The notes under the pieces are model-generated. The model was not told where the DNA came from, did no database searches, and saw nothing but the letters and a program-made list of their open reading frames with translations. This document shows positions 10,166 through 23,374 of a stretch of DNA of 64,000 bases, one piece after another (position 1 is the first letter of the stretch; the number at the start of each line of letters is the position of its first letter). This stretch comes from Phallusia mammillata (Eukaryota), in contig OZ281496.1 of the NCBI GenBank assembly GCA_965637545.1, positions 17,732,001 to 17,796,000 of the forward strand. The letters run 5' to 3'. Made by a program: the position numbers and the translations under genes.

Positions 10166-12927
10166 GACTAATCATTTCAGCTTCTTGCTTGAATGCACTA
10201 AGTGCAAAGGCAATGAAAACGTTGTGGTGGTGGTGGTTGAGTAATTTGGTCCGAATCGAGGTCTATAACGGGTGATTTGGTTACGTGTTGTTTAGTTGTC
10301 CTTGTTGCCAAACGTGTTCTTTTTGCTTTCTGTTAGAAACATTGGAAACTGGCTAGGTTCATGTTAAAATACCTACACAGTAAGTGCATTGGAGTGTATT
10401 TGTTTCCAGCGACTAGGTCGTTGTTACTTTGCGGTTTAAAAGATGTGTGTAGTTTTTATCAATTATGCTAATTTTGCCTGGACCTTTTGGTAACATGCAC
10501 AAAATTTCACTGATTGTCTATAAAAGCACTGTTACATTAAAGTCAAAGTACGAACTTTATCTGATCTCCAAAAAAGTACTGTCTTGCCGCTAATTTTGTA
10601 AAGATTTGCAATATGATGTAATTTACGTAGCTGGTAGCTGCACTGAGAATGTTGCTAATATACGCAAACTGTTGTTTTAAAAATGCCACTTGGGCACGAA
10701 TAACATTTTGGTTAAAGAAGAGTGAAAGATCATTTGTTAATCAATTGAAACATGCTAGTGAAACGATGTAAAGTTACAAGTAATGAAATTACTTTTCCTT
10801 TCTCATCTGATTTTGTTGGCAAATCATGACGATTTGATCAAGTGCAAACTTGACCATTTAGCATCAAGTTATGTTTTGAAATACTGAGCTGCGATATATA
10901 CTCCGAAACTGTCTTAACATGGTCAAATTACTTGAATGTGATTTGGCAGTATCATACGCTAAAACCCCATGTTCTTTTTGGGGGTCTCTCCTACGCACTA
11001 AATTGATTCAATCCCAAATAGAAGTACAAATCTCATAAGTTTTGAAACTATTCCGAAACGTAAGTAAAATACAAAGAGTTGTAAAACTGGCGGAATCCGG
11101 CGCGTTAAAACTCCTATCTTAACTACCACAAGGCAGAAATCAATCCAACATCTAACTGTTTACAATGCCTAATGCTAGACCAAATGCTAATCCGCGTAAC
11201 CTGGCTCCGCAAAAGGCAGTCAACTGTGCAACAATTGCCTTTTCGAACGTGTCCGATTACAAGCGCAATCATATTGGTCACAAACTTGTCAACAATTGGC
11301 AAATCGTGTTTTAAAGTATTTTTTACGATACAGCATTAACACAAAAAGGTATTCGAGGTACTCATGACGGCAAAATTAAATTGATTTTCGCGTTAACATG
11401 TTAGTATAATTCGAAAGTTTTTGTGTGCGGTCAAGTCAAAGTTGCAACACATTTATTTTAATAAAGACCTGCCATGGCAAATGTATACACTACTTTTGCA
11501 CATGATTTTTGGAACCTAAGACACAAAGTATAAACCCTTCCTTGCGGTATTTGCTCTACCGAAACATAAAACGGTTCTCTAAACATGCAAGAAAAAACAA
11601 AAATCCACGCAAAATGCCAGTATTTCTTAGCTATTTTGCTAAGTATACCAATATATTGTTACAAGTTAATGCTATGCTTTTTTTAGTTTTATTTAAACCA
11701 GCACAATAAATGAAACAGCAAATACAAGCGCTGATGGAATATCGTTAATGGTGTGAGTCATTAACAAGTATTGTTTACGATAACAGAAAAAAAAATAGTT
11801 ACAACATTTTCAGTGTTGGTGAATCAAGGAATAGAAACGATGCTAAAGGGCAAAAGTCATAAATTTGAATTGACAGCGTTTAAATAATGTTTGGGACTCA
11901 GAAAGCCAGCATCGCTGGAGAAAAGGAAGTGTTCGTAAGAGCCGCGCTTTATTGTGTCGTGGGCAAACGACACTTTAATATTTGTTTACGAACGAACGTG
12001 GTTTACGCAACACATGCATACAGCGTGTAGTTTCTGATTGGGCTCATTTATTGATAAGGTAGCAGGAACGTGTACACTATATGCACTTTTTTGATTCGCT
12101 TGCACTAACGTAATGAAAGCACATAATTTGCATCATGCAAATGACGTCAGATTTGCGATGGGTCGCTCCTAGTCTGGTACGTACATTGTTATGTTAATGT
12201 GGGATTTGGCTTAATCGGGGATAAGTGGATTCCAGAAGGCTACATTAAAAACTTGCTTTCGGTTGTGAAGTTTCTGTGTAGCAAAATTGATAATCTTTAT
12301 TCTTTTAATATAGTTAGAAAGCCCCACAAATTTTGCATGCAACCAACGGATTACATAACTACACAAGAATTGTTCTTGTTTAGGTAAACGCATTAGGAGT
12401 ACAAACTTCGGTACGTAACAAGTGGTATGTTTAAGTGTGTAATGTAGGTCACACTTTTATCCATAGTAATAATACACTATGTTCACATGTGTATGTGTGT
12501 GGTAAACAAACTACAAACGACGTCGAAGTCCAAAAGGGACGTTCCCAGTCTAGTGCTTCCGTCTTTGTTATTCATTTTTATGTTAATCAAGGTTCAGATT
12601 TAACACGTAGTGGTTTCCACCGTATATTCATACTCGTGTAGAAACGCAAACTGGGGTAGAACTGATCAAGATGTATGTTTGTCCGTTAAAATAAAATCTG
12701 TCGCCATCTATGTGTAGAATTTAAGATCTGGTTTCGTTTTTTGTCCGTGGCCAAACGCTTGGCTGTGTTTGTTGTAGTGAACAGTTTAGTAGTTCAACTA
12801 GCAGAAATAAGAATAAATATTTTTCTGTTTTAAAGCAAACTTATCTGTTTTAGAAAATCAAGGTTTACGGCAACAGTTACCACACGGTAGACATGCTTTG
12901 CTTGATGTTTTTATTTTCCGTGTTCAG

Positions 12928-12986
12928 TTGCGTGGGAAGTGAATGTCCTGGCGAGGATGTCAGTTTAGCTCCACGACCGTATCAAA
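12928..12986 (+). CDS. Probable upstream coding exon of LDLa-GPCR gene 1
   Basis: TGTTCAG|..CAAA|GTAAGT encodes CVGSECPGEDVSLAPRPYQ. Its phase-1 end matches the acceptor at 15041, giving ..PYQ-K-PENLSVCKEP. Confidence 0.55.
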
Positions 12987-13665
12987 GTAAGTGCCTGGTT
13001 TGTAATAAACGTTTTGTAATAAATTTGTAATCAATGATGCGCGCGTTAACTTTTAGCGCTCACGCATCACTTTGCCGTTGGGTTTGGTTTGGCATGGAGA
13101 TCGAAATCCATTGTAACACAACTCTTTTTAACTATACCTGCCGTAATTTAAAATAAATTAGTTATCACCGTCAACGACATTAACTCATTCTAAACCTATA
13201 AAATTATGATAGAACATACTAGACAGTACTTTATTGCTACAAAGCTAAAGATCTTGACGAATTTATTTTGTAACTTGTTAATAAAAACGAATCACATGAC
13301 AAACACATAGATTCACTTGCCAATCACAACAACAGGGAAGTTATTTAGTGGATGACCTATTATTTGTGCCACTGATTACATACAACCCTAGATTTGCCCC
13401 TGTGTATTTTTGATAATATATATGTATGTGAACCAGAAATGTCGAATATTACGTTTGGTAAAATCGGCCATTTTTACAATGATTCGGTTTCGACCAAAAA
13501 CAATTTGCTGCGATTAGGCCGAAACAGAATCTTTAGCGGCACAAATTTAAAGCGTGAACAAGTGCCGTTTCTGCTTAAATAAAAACGCGCCAATTATAAT
13601 TTTGAAAACAATATCGTTTTTCCACTCCAGAAAAAAAGTCAGTAATTCATGGCCAGGGTGGCAAC

Positions 13666-14351
13666 CAAGGATGGCAGTACGGCGCGGTACGATGGTACGG
13701 TACAGTACGCAGTAAAATTTATCCACAATTACGTTACGTAGGTACAGTACGCAAAGAGAGCTGAGATACGGCTACGGTACGATGGTACGCTCCTTCACCG
13801 GAGCGCAGAGCATACCTCCATACCAAAAGCGTACCGTACCAGTACGCGCATATTAATTGTTGATTAAACTGTAATTTTTGAATTGTTACCTTTTGCAGAT
13901 AATAATAAAATTGTCTGGAACTTGAATTTTAATTGTTTATGACAGGATTTCATTACAATGTCACTGTATCAAAAGAGGACCCAAAATGTTTATGACGTCA
14001 CTGCCCAATATGTTTCTGTCTGCGGGCTGACCGCTATGTTAAAGAAGGATTACACGCACTTTAGGCATAGTTAAAAAAAGCTAGCTAGTGTTTTAGTATC
14101 TTTTGCAGCTATGGTTGGACTTCAAAAAACATGCTGTTGAAAATAACACATGGTCGCTCCATCGTTAAAAAAACATCAACCTTTTACTTCGAATAAGCGG
14201 GTTTTGTAGTGGGGCAGCTTGTTTCGACACGTCATGTTATAAAGTTTATCCAACCGGATTCCGATTGGATTATTTGAGGGTAAGGTACGATTTTGCGTAC
14301 CGTACGTCAAGTACGTTTCGTTGGTATGTTTAGATTGTACTGCCATCCTTG
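13666..14351. mobile_element. hAT MITE (686 bp), GTAC-rich
   Basis: TIR CAAGGATGGCAGTAC at both ends; 8-bp flanks GTGGCAAC/CTGGCAAC. Confidence 0.85.
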
Positions 14352-15040
14352 CTGGCAACCATGGCCCAAGCTACCTTAAATCTCACAGAAATAAAATAAC
14401 GACGAAACTATAATATTCTGCTATGTTTGTCTGGTAGATAAACTCATGTTTACATATCAAATGCGGAGCGTACGTCTTCGCGTAACATCATGAATGATTC
14501 GGTTGATTTGGGCAAATTTATTCGGCAAAACCGCTGAATATTCGATTTCGGCCTAACCCAGATTACGCCGATTTGCCGCATTTCTAATAGCAACGTCATA
14601 ACGCCAGTGTCCCTTCATAAATACATGCTTTATAAATTCACTTGTATTGACCTTAAAATCCAATGCTGCTCCCTCAAAATTACACGTGTTATTAAATGAG
14701 GCATTACTAAAAGTTCTAGCAATTCGGAGCAGTGCATGCCACAGGGTGAATCACTACAAAAACCCCTACGATATGCTTTACAAACTATCTAGGTTTCTGT
14801 CGATTAAAAAATATTTTCAGGTTAGGTTATTGCGGGGTTTTGGGCCAGATTAAGAGGCTGCATAGAATAATTTATGAGCGTTCTGATTTGAGTGTCTTTT
14901 TTTAAAATACTATACATATTGTTATTGTACCAATTTTACAAAATTTATACGCTTAAGGTACTTTTAACTATGTGTAAACGAGTCAGGCCAACATTAGACT
15001 TCACTATCTATAAAGCACTGTTTAACAACTTTACTCATAG

Positions 15041-18000
15041 AACCCGAAAACCTGTCGGTGTGTAAGGAACCGTACCATGATCGCAACTGCACCTGTCCTT
15101 CTTCAATGTTCGAATGTGCTTGTCACAAGTTCGGTCGGTGTGGGAAGAAACCAGGATGCATACCAATGTCTGCGGTAAATGACACAGGTCTGTGGAACCA
15201 TTGTGGTGATTGGAGCGACGAGTTTAGTGAGATTTGTCCAAGGGATTGGTTTCAGTGTGACTGCTTTAACACAACTTGTAAAGGTTTTGCTGGGTGTGTG
15301 GGGTGGTATTCCCATTGTGATGGAAGGATCGATTGCTTAGATGGCAGTGATGAAGTTAATTGCACTTGTCCAGCTGGCATGGTTGAGTGCCCCTGTTTTA
15401 AAACAAAAAACTGCACTAGTAGTCGTATTGGTTGCATCCACAACCACAAGAAATGTGATGGGTGGAATAACTGTAGAGATTGGAGTGATGAAATTAATTG
15501 CACCTGTCCCAAAAATATGTTTGAATGCGATTGTTACAAAACGAAAAACTGTACAACTAACATTGGTTGCATCCACAAAGACTGGCAATGTAATGGATAT
15601 AATAATTGTGGCGATTGGAGTGATGAAGTTAGCTGCGCTTGTCCAGCTGATAAGTTTGAATGCGATTGTTACAAAACAAAAAACTGCACAACATTGTATG
15701 GTGGTTGCTACAGCAAAGACGTGCTATGTGATGGAATTGACAGCTGCGGTGATTGGAGTGATGAAGTTAATTGCAATGGATGTCCAGCTAATCACTTTGA
15801 ATGCAAATGTTATAAAACTAAGAACTGCACAGCTGGATATGGGTGCATCAGCAAGTATGAGCAATGTAATGGAGGGAATGACTGTCACGATTGGAGTGAC
15901 GAAGTCAATTGCACTTGTCCAGCTGATAAATTTGAGTGCAATTGTTACAAAACAAGAAGCTGCACAACTGGATATGGTTGCATTGACAGCTACAGACAAT
16001 GTAATGGCTGGAACGACTGTGGTGATTGGGGGGATGAGACTAATTGCACTTGCCGAGGTGATAAGTTTGAATGCGATTGTTACAAAAGCAAGAATTGCAC
16101 AACTCACAACGGTGGTTGCATCGACAAACATTGGCAGTGCAACGGAAGGAATGACTGCGGCGATTGGAGTGATGAATTTAATTGCACCTGTCCAGCTGAT
16201 AAATTTGAATGTGTCGGCACGAAATACAACATTAGTTTGGAAGAACGATGTGTTGAACGATCTTCGTTGTGTGATGGGAGACGCGACTGTTCTGTTGGTA
16301 CTGACGAGACACATTACACATGTAACTGCTCTGGAGTTCATGCAAGGTGCCCGTGTGATCCTGGTAACCAACACTGTCCATCTACTGGCAGATGCATACC
16401 TTTTAGCTGGCTGAGTGATGGCTTTGAAGATTGTTCTGATGGAAGTGACGAACTTTGTTCAGTGTCCAACTTCAAATATCAATCTTGCACTATGTTTGCC
16501 ACAACTTGTAAGAATGAACAACATGCCAGATATCTCTTACATTCCGTAGTCCCAACGAAGTGCAACACAGTAATCCAACCATCGTGTGTTGATGATATTA
16601 GGTTGTGTGAACACAGAAATGTGATTTGCGTCTCCTCAAACTGCAACACTGCAGAAACGTTTATGGAAAACATTTTTATTTGTAACAACCGAGAGTTTAT
16701 AGTTGCAAGTTACTTTTGTAACTCACTTAAAAGTTGCAGTGACAATAGCGACGAAGTCAGGTCTGGATTCGGATTCAAATGCTCGGGATCATCAAGACAA
16801 GGTATTTGTGTTTTACCTCAAATGAATGTCTACGATTCAGAAGCCCAATGTTCTGATAAATCTGATGTTTGTTTCGCCGACGGAGAATTCAGGTGTTTTC
16901 AGTGCTTGGATAAACAGTTAATCATATCAACCAAACAAGTTTGTGACGGTATAGTGGATTGCTTTGATATGTCGGACGAATGTCTCTGTTTGAACCGAAG
17001 TTTGTGCTCTGATATAAGGGGTGAATGTCCGTCAAATCTGATGCATTGCGAAAATAAATCTGTGTGTTCGGTTCAAAGTAGTAAGTCGTGCAATGCAAGC
17101 GTACAATGCTTTGACCATTTCAACACAAAATACTGTTCGTTTCCAAATAACAGAGGACAAACTAGGACTTGGCTACGAGATTTGGAAAGTCTCGAACTTG
17201 ATGAAATACTTCGGTATGCAAAAGTTGACAACCTATTGTTAAGACTGTCGTTGCAGGAGTATTTAGATATAGACGTCAACGCAAAAGTTTTGTTGAACTT
17301 AATATGCGATGGAATAATCTGGGACGACCTGTCGTTAATTGGTGAAATGAACTGTCCAAATATGTTTTATTGTTTTGCAAAAGGGAAGATAAACATTAAA
17401 ATAAGTCAAGTGTGCGACGGTTTAGTTGATTGTGACGACAGTTCCGATGAATTTCTAGAACATTGTCACACTAGTCGTTATTATTGTAAAACTAAAGATA
17501 GGATTTCTATTGACATAAACGCTGTTTGTGACGGAATTATCGATTGTGACAATGAATCTGATGAAACCAGGTGTCGTTGTGAAACGAAACGATTCTATTG
17601 CAGAAACAAACAACCTTTGTCAGTTGATTGGAGATTGGTGCAGAATGGAATTCTAGATTGTTCAGACGGAAGTGACGAATGTGTTAACTTGGTTGGTGAC
17701 GCGTTTGCAGATGTGAACGAAATGATTACCAAACCAATCTACCGCACAATTTTTTGGATAACGGCTATTTTGGCCTTGGGAGGGAACTTCTTTGTTTTTA
17801 TTGCAACTGCTTACAGCTTATGGAATGTAGACAGGGGTCGAAAGGTTTACATTAACACCAGTATTTTTATTCTTAACCTGTGTTGTTCAGATTTTCTTAT
17901 GGGCATCTATCTTCTTGCAGTTACAGTGCAAGGCATTCGATTTTCTGGTTCTTATTGTTTGTTTGATAAGAAATGGAGATCAAGTGGTTTGTGTTCAGGG

Positions 18001-18891
18001 CTTGGAGCACTTGCAATTGTATCATCTGAAACGTCCGCCTTTACAATGACAGCCATGACCACGTATCGCCTTGTATCTGCCTTTCAACCCTTTACAATTC
18101 GAAGTTCGGGTGTTCTTCGAGTTTTACAAGCTGAAATATTTTGCTGGATTTCAGGTGTTGTTTTGGCAACTGTGCCTTTAATGACCGTCACTTCGGAATA
18201 TTTTACAGCTGATGTTTGGTTTCGAAACAACTTTTTTGGAAGTGATATTGTATCCAGGAAGAACATGTCACTCCTTGCAGAACGAATTGCCAGTGTAAAA
18301 ACGAAGGGTTGGAACGAAGTGAAACAAATAATAGAAAATACTTTCCCTCGCAACTCAATCATTGGAGAGTTTGGGTACTATGGAGAAACAAGCGTTTGTA
18401 TGCCACGTTTGTTTGCCACAACCAGTGATTTCGCTTGGGAATATTCAAGTTTCCTTCTCACAATCAATTTCGCCATGTTCATCTACATGGTGGTTGCATA
18501 TGTTATCATCTACAAACAGGCTAGCCGCATGAAAGGATTCAGAAGCACTGATATCAGCTTCAAGATGCAAAAGAGAATCTTGAGGTTGATTTTTACCGAC
18601 TTCTGTTGTTGGATTCCAATTTGTGTCATGGGATATTTGAGTGTCGGGGGCATCAAGATGCCCTCAGATACCTATGTGTTGAGTGCTTGTCTCTTGCTTC
18701 CAATCAATAGTGCTATTAATCCCTTGCTTTACTCAAAAGCAATAGAAAATCAAATTATCAAGGCCAAAACATATGTGGTGGCGAAACTATCGTCCTTACG
18801 GACGTCTACAAATCGCCCATCAGATTTGGCTGTAAAATACAACGCTGGTGCAGATGATCAAGGCGACAGGGTAATTGAGATTGTTGGATAA
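15041..18891 (+). CDS. LDL-receptor class A repeat GPCR (GRL101/RXFP-related 7TM, no LRRs), gene 1, single giant exon
   Basis: Uninterrupted 1277-codon ORF after acceptor ACTCATAG at 15040. Many C..C.D.SDE repeats, then an LGR-type 7TM (FWITAILALGGN, LNLCCSDFLMGIYL, TDFCCWIP, LPINSAINPLLY). No LxxLxLxxN repeats. Confidence 0.95.
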
Positions 18892-19184
18892 AAAGCGATC
18901 ACAGAACTTTCATCCATAAATAACATTTAAAAGTATCTGGAATTGTATGACCATACGCTTGAGTAAATATGTTAAAATTGAGAAAAGTGCTGTTTTCTCA
19001 AAACTTGTTTCGCGCTTACTTTTTGTGCAAACGTTTTTTTGAAGAACTTGATACATCGTGACGAAGTTTTTGCATGTAAATTTCGACACATTTGAAAATT
19101 TGTACATTAACGGAAGAGTTTGCGACAAGGCTAACAATTGTTGCTCTAAGATTCTTTTTCGATGGAGTCTCTCTTTAGTGTGAG

Positions 19185-19400
19185 TTAATATGTGCTTTTT
19201 CCAATGTCCACCTCCGCGAAATCTTTTTTCACAAACATCACATGAAGTTTTTCTTTACTATGAGTCAACAAGTGTGTTTTTAAAGCTGCACGAGAAGCGA
19301 ATGCCTGGTTCCAAGCATTACATCTGTAAAATTTTAAAACACATTTACAATTGTTCTAACATACATTTTTTTACTTCTGTACAGTTGTACATTGTTTATT
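19185..19400 (-). pseudogene. Decayed C2H2 zinc-finger remnant
   Basis: Minus strand reads CDVCEKRFRGGGHWKKH; same finger family as 400-1010, with broken frame. Confidence 0.6.
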
Positions 19401-19968
19401 GTCAGTTTGCATGCAAGCTGAAAAACTTTTTTTCAGACTGGTTTGAAATTAGATTTACTGCTTCGGAACTTTTCACGTATTTTGCACACTAATTTAAAAT
19501 CATAATTCCAATCGGTTGTGTTTTCTTGGTGTTAACATTTGTGTGGAACTTGGTGCGAAGTGACGAAAACATGCCGCCAAACCAAAAGTTTTTGATTGTT
19601 ATTTTCGCCTTATGTGTGTATTAAAGCATGTGTTACTGTATAAAACTGACAAAGATAGAAAAACTGTCTCAATTACAGGTGTGTTATATTTTGGACTTTT
19701 TTGTTGTTTTGATTTTTCTTTTTTTGTCTATTTTTTCCGTCGTTAAACAGGGCCCTCGAGAGCGACAAAATATGCTGGTGCATTATAGTCATATCTAGAA
19801 TAGTTTATGCGCTGATGATCAAACATTTACTACGTTGATTCGTCAATTAAAACGAATAAAAGCAAGTTGGCCAATGGATAATAATTGACACTTAATAAAC
19901 AGCTTGGACAAGAACGTCAAGAGTTATGAAAACTTAAAATTCCTATATTTTTACTGCATGCACTAGAG

Positions 19969-20538
19969 CAGGGATGGGGAACCTACAGCCTAAAGGCCAC
20001 ATGAGGCCTTGTATGTCAAAATACATTTTTATTACAGACTGCAACAGACGCTGAAAAATAGACAGAAACGTATTTGTTGATCTTTATTCCACATTACTTT
20101 TTGATTAGTTTTAGGGCAGCGGTTTTCAAGTAAGAACCAACAGTCATAGTGGTACACAAGTGATTTTCGTAGGACTCCAAGAGCTCAAGATTCTCCAATC
20201 CTACTTGAGTTGCAAAAGAATGATTATTTGCGTATAATCGAATGTCTTAAACTCGTCTGTGATGGCACAAGCTGCTCTTAGATCATTGATATTTGTAAAC
20301 AAGCGAGTTTCTAGATTAAAAAAATCCTAAATTTTGTAGTGAAGGTGGAAATGTAGTAGGGAATTTTAGTTAACTTGGACCATAAGTCCTACAACTCTAC
20401 AAGGGAAGAGCAAAATGACCATTATGTAAGTAAAAAGTTTAAACATCACTGTCCTTGGCCTGGTAAATAGTCTATGCGGCCTAAACAAGTGTCGATAAAC
20501 CGTTTGGTGACCTTTATAAAAAAGGTTTCCCACCCCTG
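19969..20538. mobile_element. hAT MITE (570 bp)
   Basis: TIRs CAGGGATGGGGAACCT / CAGGGGTGGGAAACCT; flanks CACTAGAG/CGCTAGAG. Confidence 0.75.
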
Positions 20539-20619
20539 CGCTAGAGCGTTTGTACAGCAAACTAAACGCTTAACAGCAAATACTTGGTCTTGACATGCAC
20601 TGCGTTCGCTTAGCTTTAA

Positions 20620-21125
20620 ACCAAGAGTCACCAAACTACGGCCCGCAGGCCAGGCGCAGGCCAGGCGCAGGCCAAGCGTGCATCGTCATTTTTCGCAGGC
20701 ATGACCGCCCACACCATAAAGCGCGTGGGCGCAAGGGTGAACTACTGCTCGCTATAAAACAAAAACGGCTTAAAATAATTTGAAACGGTCTTCACTGGCC
20801 AATTTCAAATTGCAGTCAGTAACAGCGTGCAAAGTTTCAGTTCGTTTCGATGTACGAATCGTAAATGAGAAACGTGCATCGTCTTTTTTCGCAGGCACGA
20901 CCGCCCACACCATAAAGCGCGTGGTCGCACCGGAGAACTACTGTTTGCTTTAAAACAAAAATGGCTTAAAATAATTTGAAACGGTCTTCACTGGCCAATT
21001 TCAAATTGCAGTCAGTAACAGCGTGCAAAGTTTCAGTTCGTTTCGATGTACGTATCGTAAATGGGAAGCGTGCATCGTCATTTTTCGCAGGCACGACCGC
21101 CCACACCATAAAGCGCGTGGTCCTT
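20620..21125. repeat. MITE-like end followed by ~2.3 tandem copies of a ~197-bp unit
   Basis: Begins CAAGAGTCACCAAACTACGGCCCGC. (A)CGTGCATCGTC.TTTTTCGCAGGCA.GACCGCCCACACCATAAAGCGCGTGG recurs at ~20675, ~20872 and ~21067. Confidence 0.8.
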
Positions 21126-22540
21126 CTGCATTTAATGAATTCGGCGATCCACTTTTGGTACACAATTGAAATCACCCGCAAAAATCATATTTTCGGTTTC
21201 GCTTTTATCAGTCACAGCCCGAAAGACGTTGTCGTAGAATGGCGGGTTGTCCTGGTTAGGCCCATAAAGATTGCACAGCGTTATGCGCAAGTCATTTATT
21301 TTTCGCTCAACAATTATATGACGCCCATGGCATGGTTATCAACAGTGATGTCGTGTTTCAGGTAGGAAAGGTTTTTGAAAAATAAAACCGCTACTCTTTT
21401 ACTTTGTGCTGTGCCATGCGAAGCTACAATTTCCCCGCCCCATTCTAATTCCCATTGCTTGAAATTTGATGCAGATGAGTGCGTTTCTTGTAGACACATT
21501 ATATCGAACTTTTTTGTCTCAAAAAAATAAAAGACACTTAGCCGTTTTCTAGGGTTTTGCAACCCTGCTACGTTGTATTTTGTTACAGTGAGGGGCATTT
21601 AAACACGTTCTACACCAATGTCTATGTCAAATTCACATTCAAAGCCACAATCGCACAAATACGGGTTGTTAGGTCCCATTAACTGAGATGTAATTTTTCC
21701 ACAGCTACAGTGGACAAGCGTATTTTTGCATGCATTATTCACACAGTTAGTAGTCATTTCCCGTTTTGGTACAGCGTTAACAGTTTTACAAATGCAAAAC
21801 ATTGAATACCTTTTGCATTTCACGCATTTGAAAATTCTTTGTTTGGTAGTCCGGCTGAAATTTGTGACAGCACGGCATCCTTCTCATGGGTTGGTGGCAT
21901 GTGACGCAGTTAGTTGTCACCTCGGGACCAAAAATCTATCAATTTCGTTGCAGCACGATGCAGCAATGTTGAACTCCGATGTACATTTCCAGCAGAAGAA
22001 TTTTGAATTTTTTTCTGTTACGTAGCTCTCCTCTTTACATTTCGGGCAGGAAATTAGTATTTTTAATTCACTTAGACTTCTAGATTTCGCTTGATGCAGG
22101 TTTCCTTTGGTTGTGCTTCGTTGGTGCCGTTTTCTTGAAGACCCACTTTTAGTTTCCAAAAGCGATCCGTTAATTAGCTGTTCATCAGGCAACTTAGTTA
22201 CATAGTAGTTTTTGTGAGAAACAACCTGTTATTTTCTTGAATAAAACAAACATAGTAAACAAGCTTAACAACAACAAACAAACAAACAAACCCACTTCAA
22301 TTAAACCCCAATTAAAATTACTTAAAGTGGTTTCTGGTAAATAACCGCATTTAAAGACTATTATGGTTAACTCTTGATCACATATAGTATAAACTACCAA
22401 CATCTCCACTACAGTAAACTGCACACCTCACTGTGAAGATACACACTGCGTGGCTGCTCTAACATATCCTACCGTTAGTTAACGGATGTAGAACAGGAAA
22501 TCGCGCTGCGATCGTCAGATGATTATTGAGTCATAATCCT
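21125..22540 (-). mobile_element. 5' fragment of an L1/Tx1-clade LINE: small uORF, Cys-rich ORF1, APE endonuclease; RT absent
   Basis: ORF 21314..21598 has YNVAGL..DIMCLQETH..W..EWGG..SHG...VAVLF, continuing through frameshifts to LCNLYGPN and MIFAGDFNC. The ORF1 stop and ORF2 start abut as TAAATG at 21601-21596. Confidence 0.85.
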
Positions 22541-23196
22541 GATTGGCCTACTTAGTGGTATGCTCGGCTCTTAAAAACAATCCTTCGATTCACAAGAGCC
22601 TGTATTGTTCAGGTGTCTTTAAACAGGAATACAAACACACACCATGCTTGGTATTTTAAAGTGGTTACAGTACATTATAAATATTTATAAAATCTACATA
22701 CAATGCAAGTTAAGTGGTTTTAATCCCGACTCAGCTTAACAGATAACCTAGTGTGTAGTGCACTTACTTGTAATCGTAATATGCTATTTTTCTCATCGTT
22801 TCTTCTTGGTCTTTATGGAGGGATATTAGTAATACAAGTTATAAAAGAACCAAACACTTGTCACATGTCTTTTCTCCCAAACCCCACAATTAACTATAAA
22901 ATAAGCTTAAAAAAGGTATCTTTATGAGTGTAGATGCAACACCTTGATCGGGCTAACCATTCAATTTTCAGGCATTTGTTCCTGTTGTTTTATTAGGCTA
23001 AACCTGTATAACTAGAACTATTGGACGATTTGGAAAAATATACATACGTTGGTTGTTTAAAAGCAACTTTTTTCTGACACAACAAACCACATTTGTGTGA
23101 TGTATAAACAAAAAAAAAACGACTTTTCATACAAGGTGTAAGAATAATTGACGAAGCAACAGTGCTTCCTAATCAAAATCAGTCAACAAAGTTGTT

Positions 23197-23239
23197 AAAC
23201 GATATATATTTCACCCCAAAAGGGCATCTTCAGTCGTTC
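23197..23239 (-). ncRNA. Minimal type I hammerhead ribozyme (sense 3' pLTR)
   Basis: GAACGA CUGAAGA U GCCC-UUUUG-GGGU GAAA UAUAUA UCGUUU; palindromic UAUAUA stem III, AUA cleavage triplet. Confidence 0.8.
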
Positions 23240-23374
23240 TGTGAAAAAACGGGTGTAAAAGTAAGACAAACCAAGCAATGAACTAAATACATATTAAACA
23301 CACCAAAGAGAAACGACAACCTGCTACAAGCCCTTGCTAACTATGCAAGATCTGCAACAGAACTGCGTCTAAGC

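Noticed and set aside
15341-16414. Long overlapping alternative-frame ORFs (357 aa +, 216 aa -)
   Set aside because: Shadows of the tandem Cys-rich repeat; one stop-free unit propagated by duplication.
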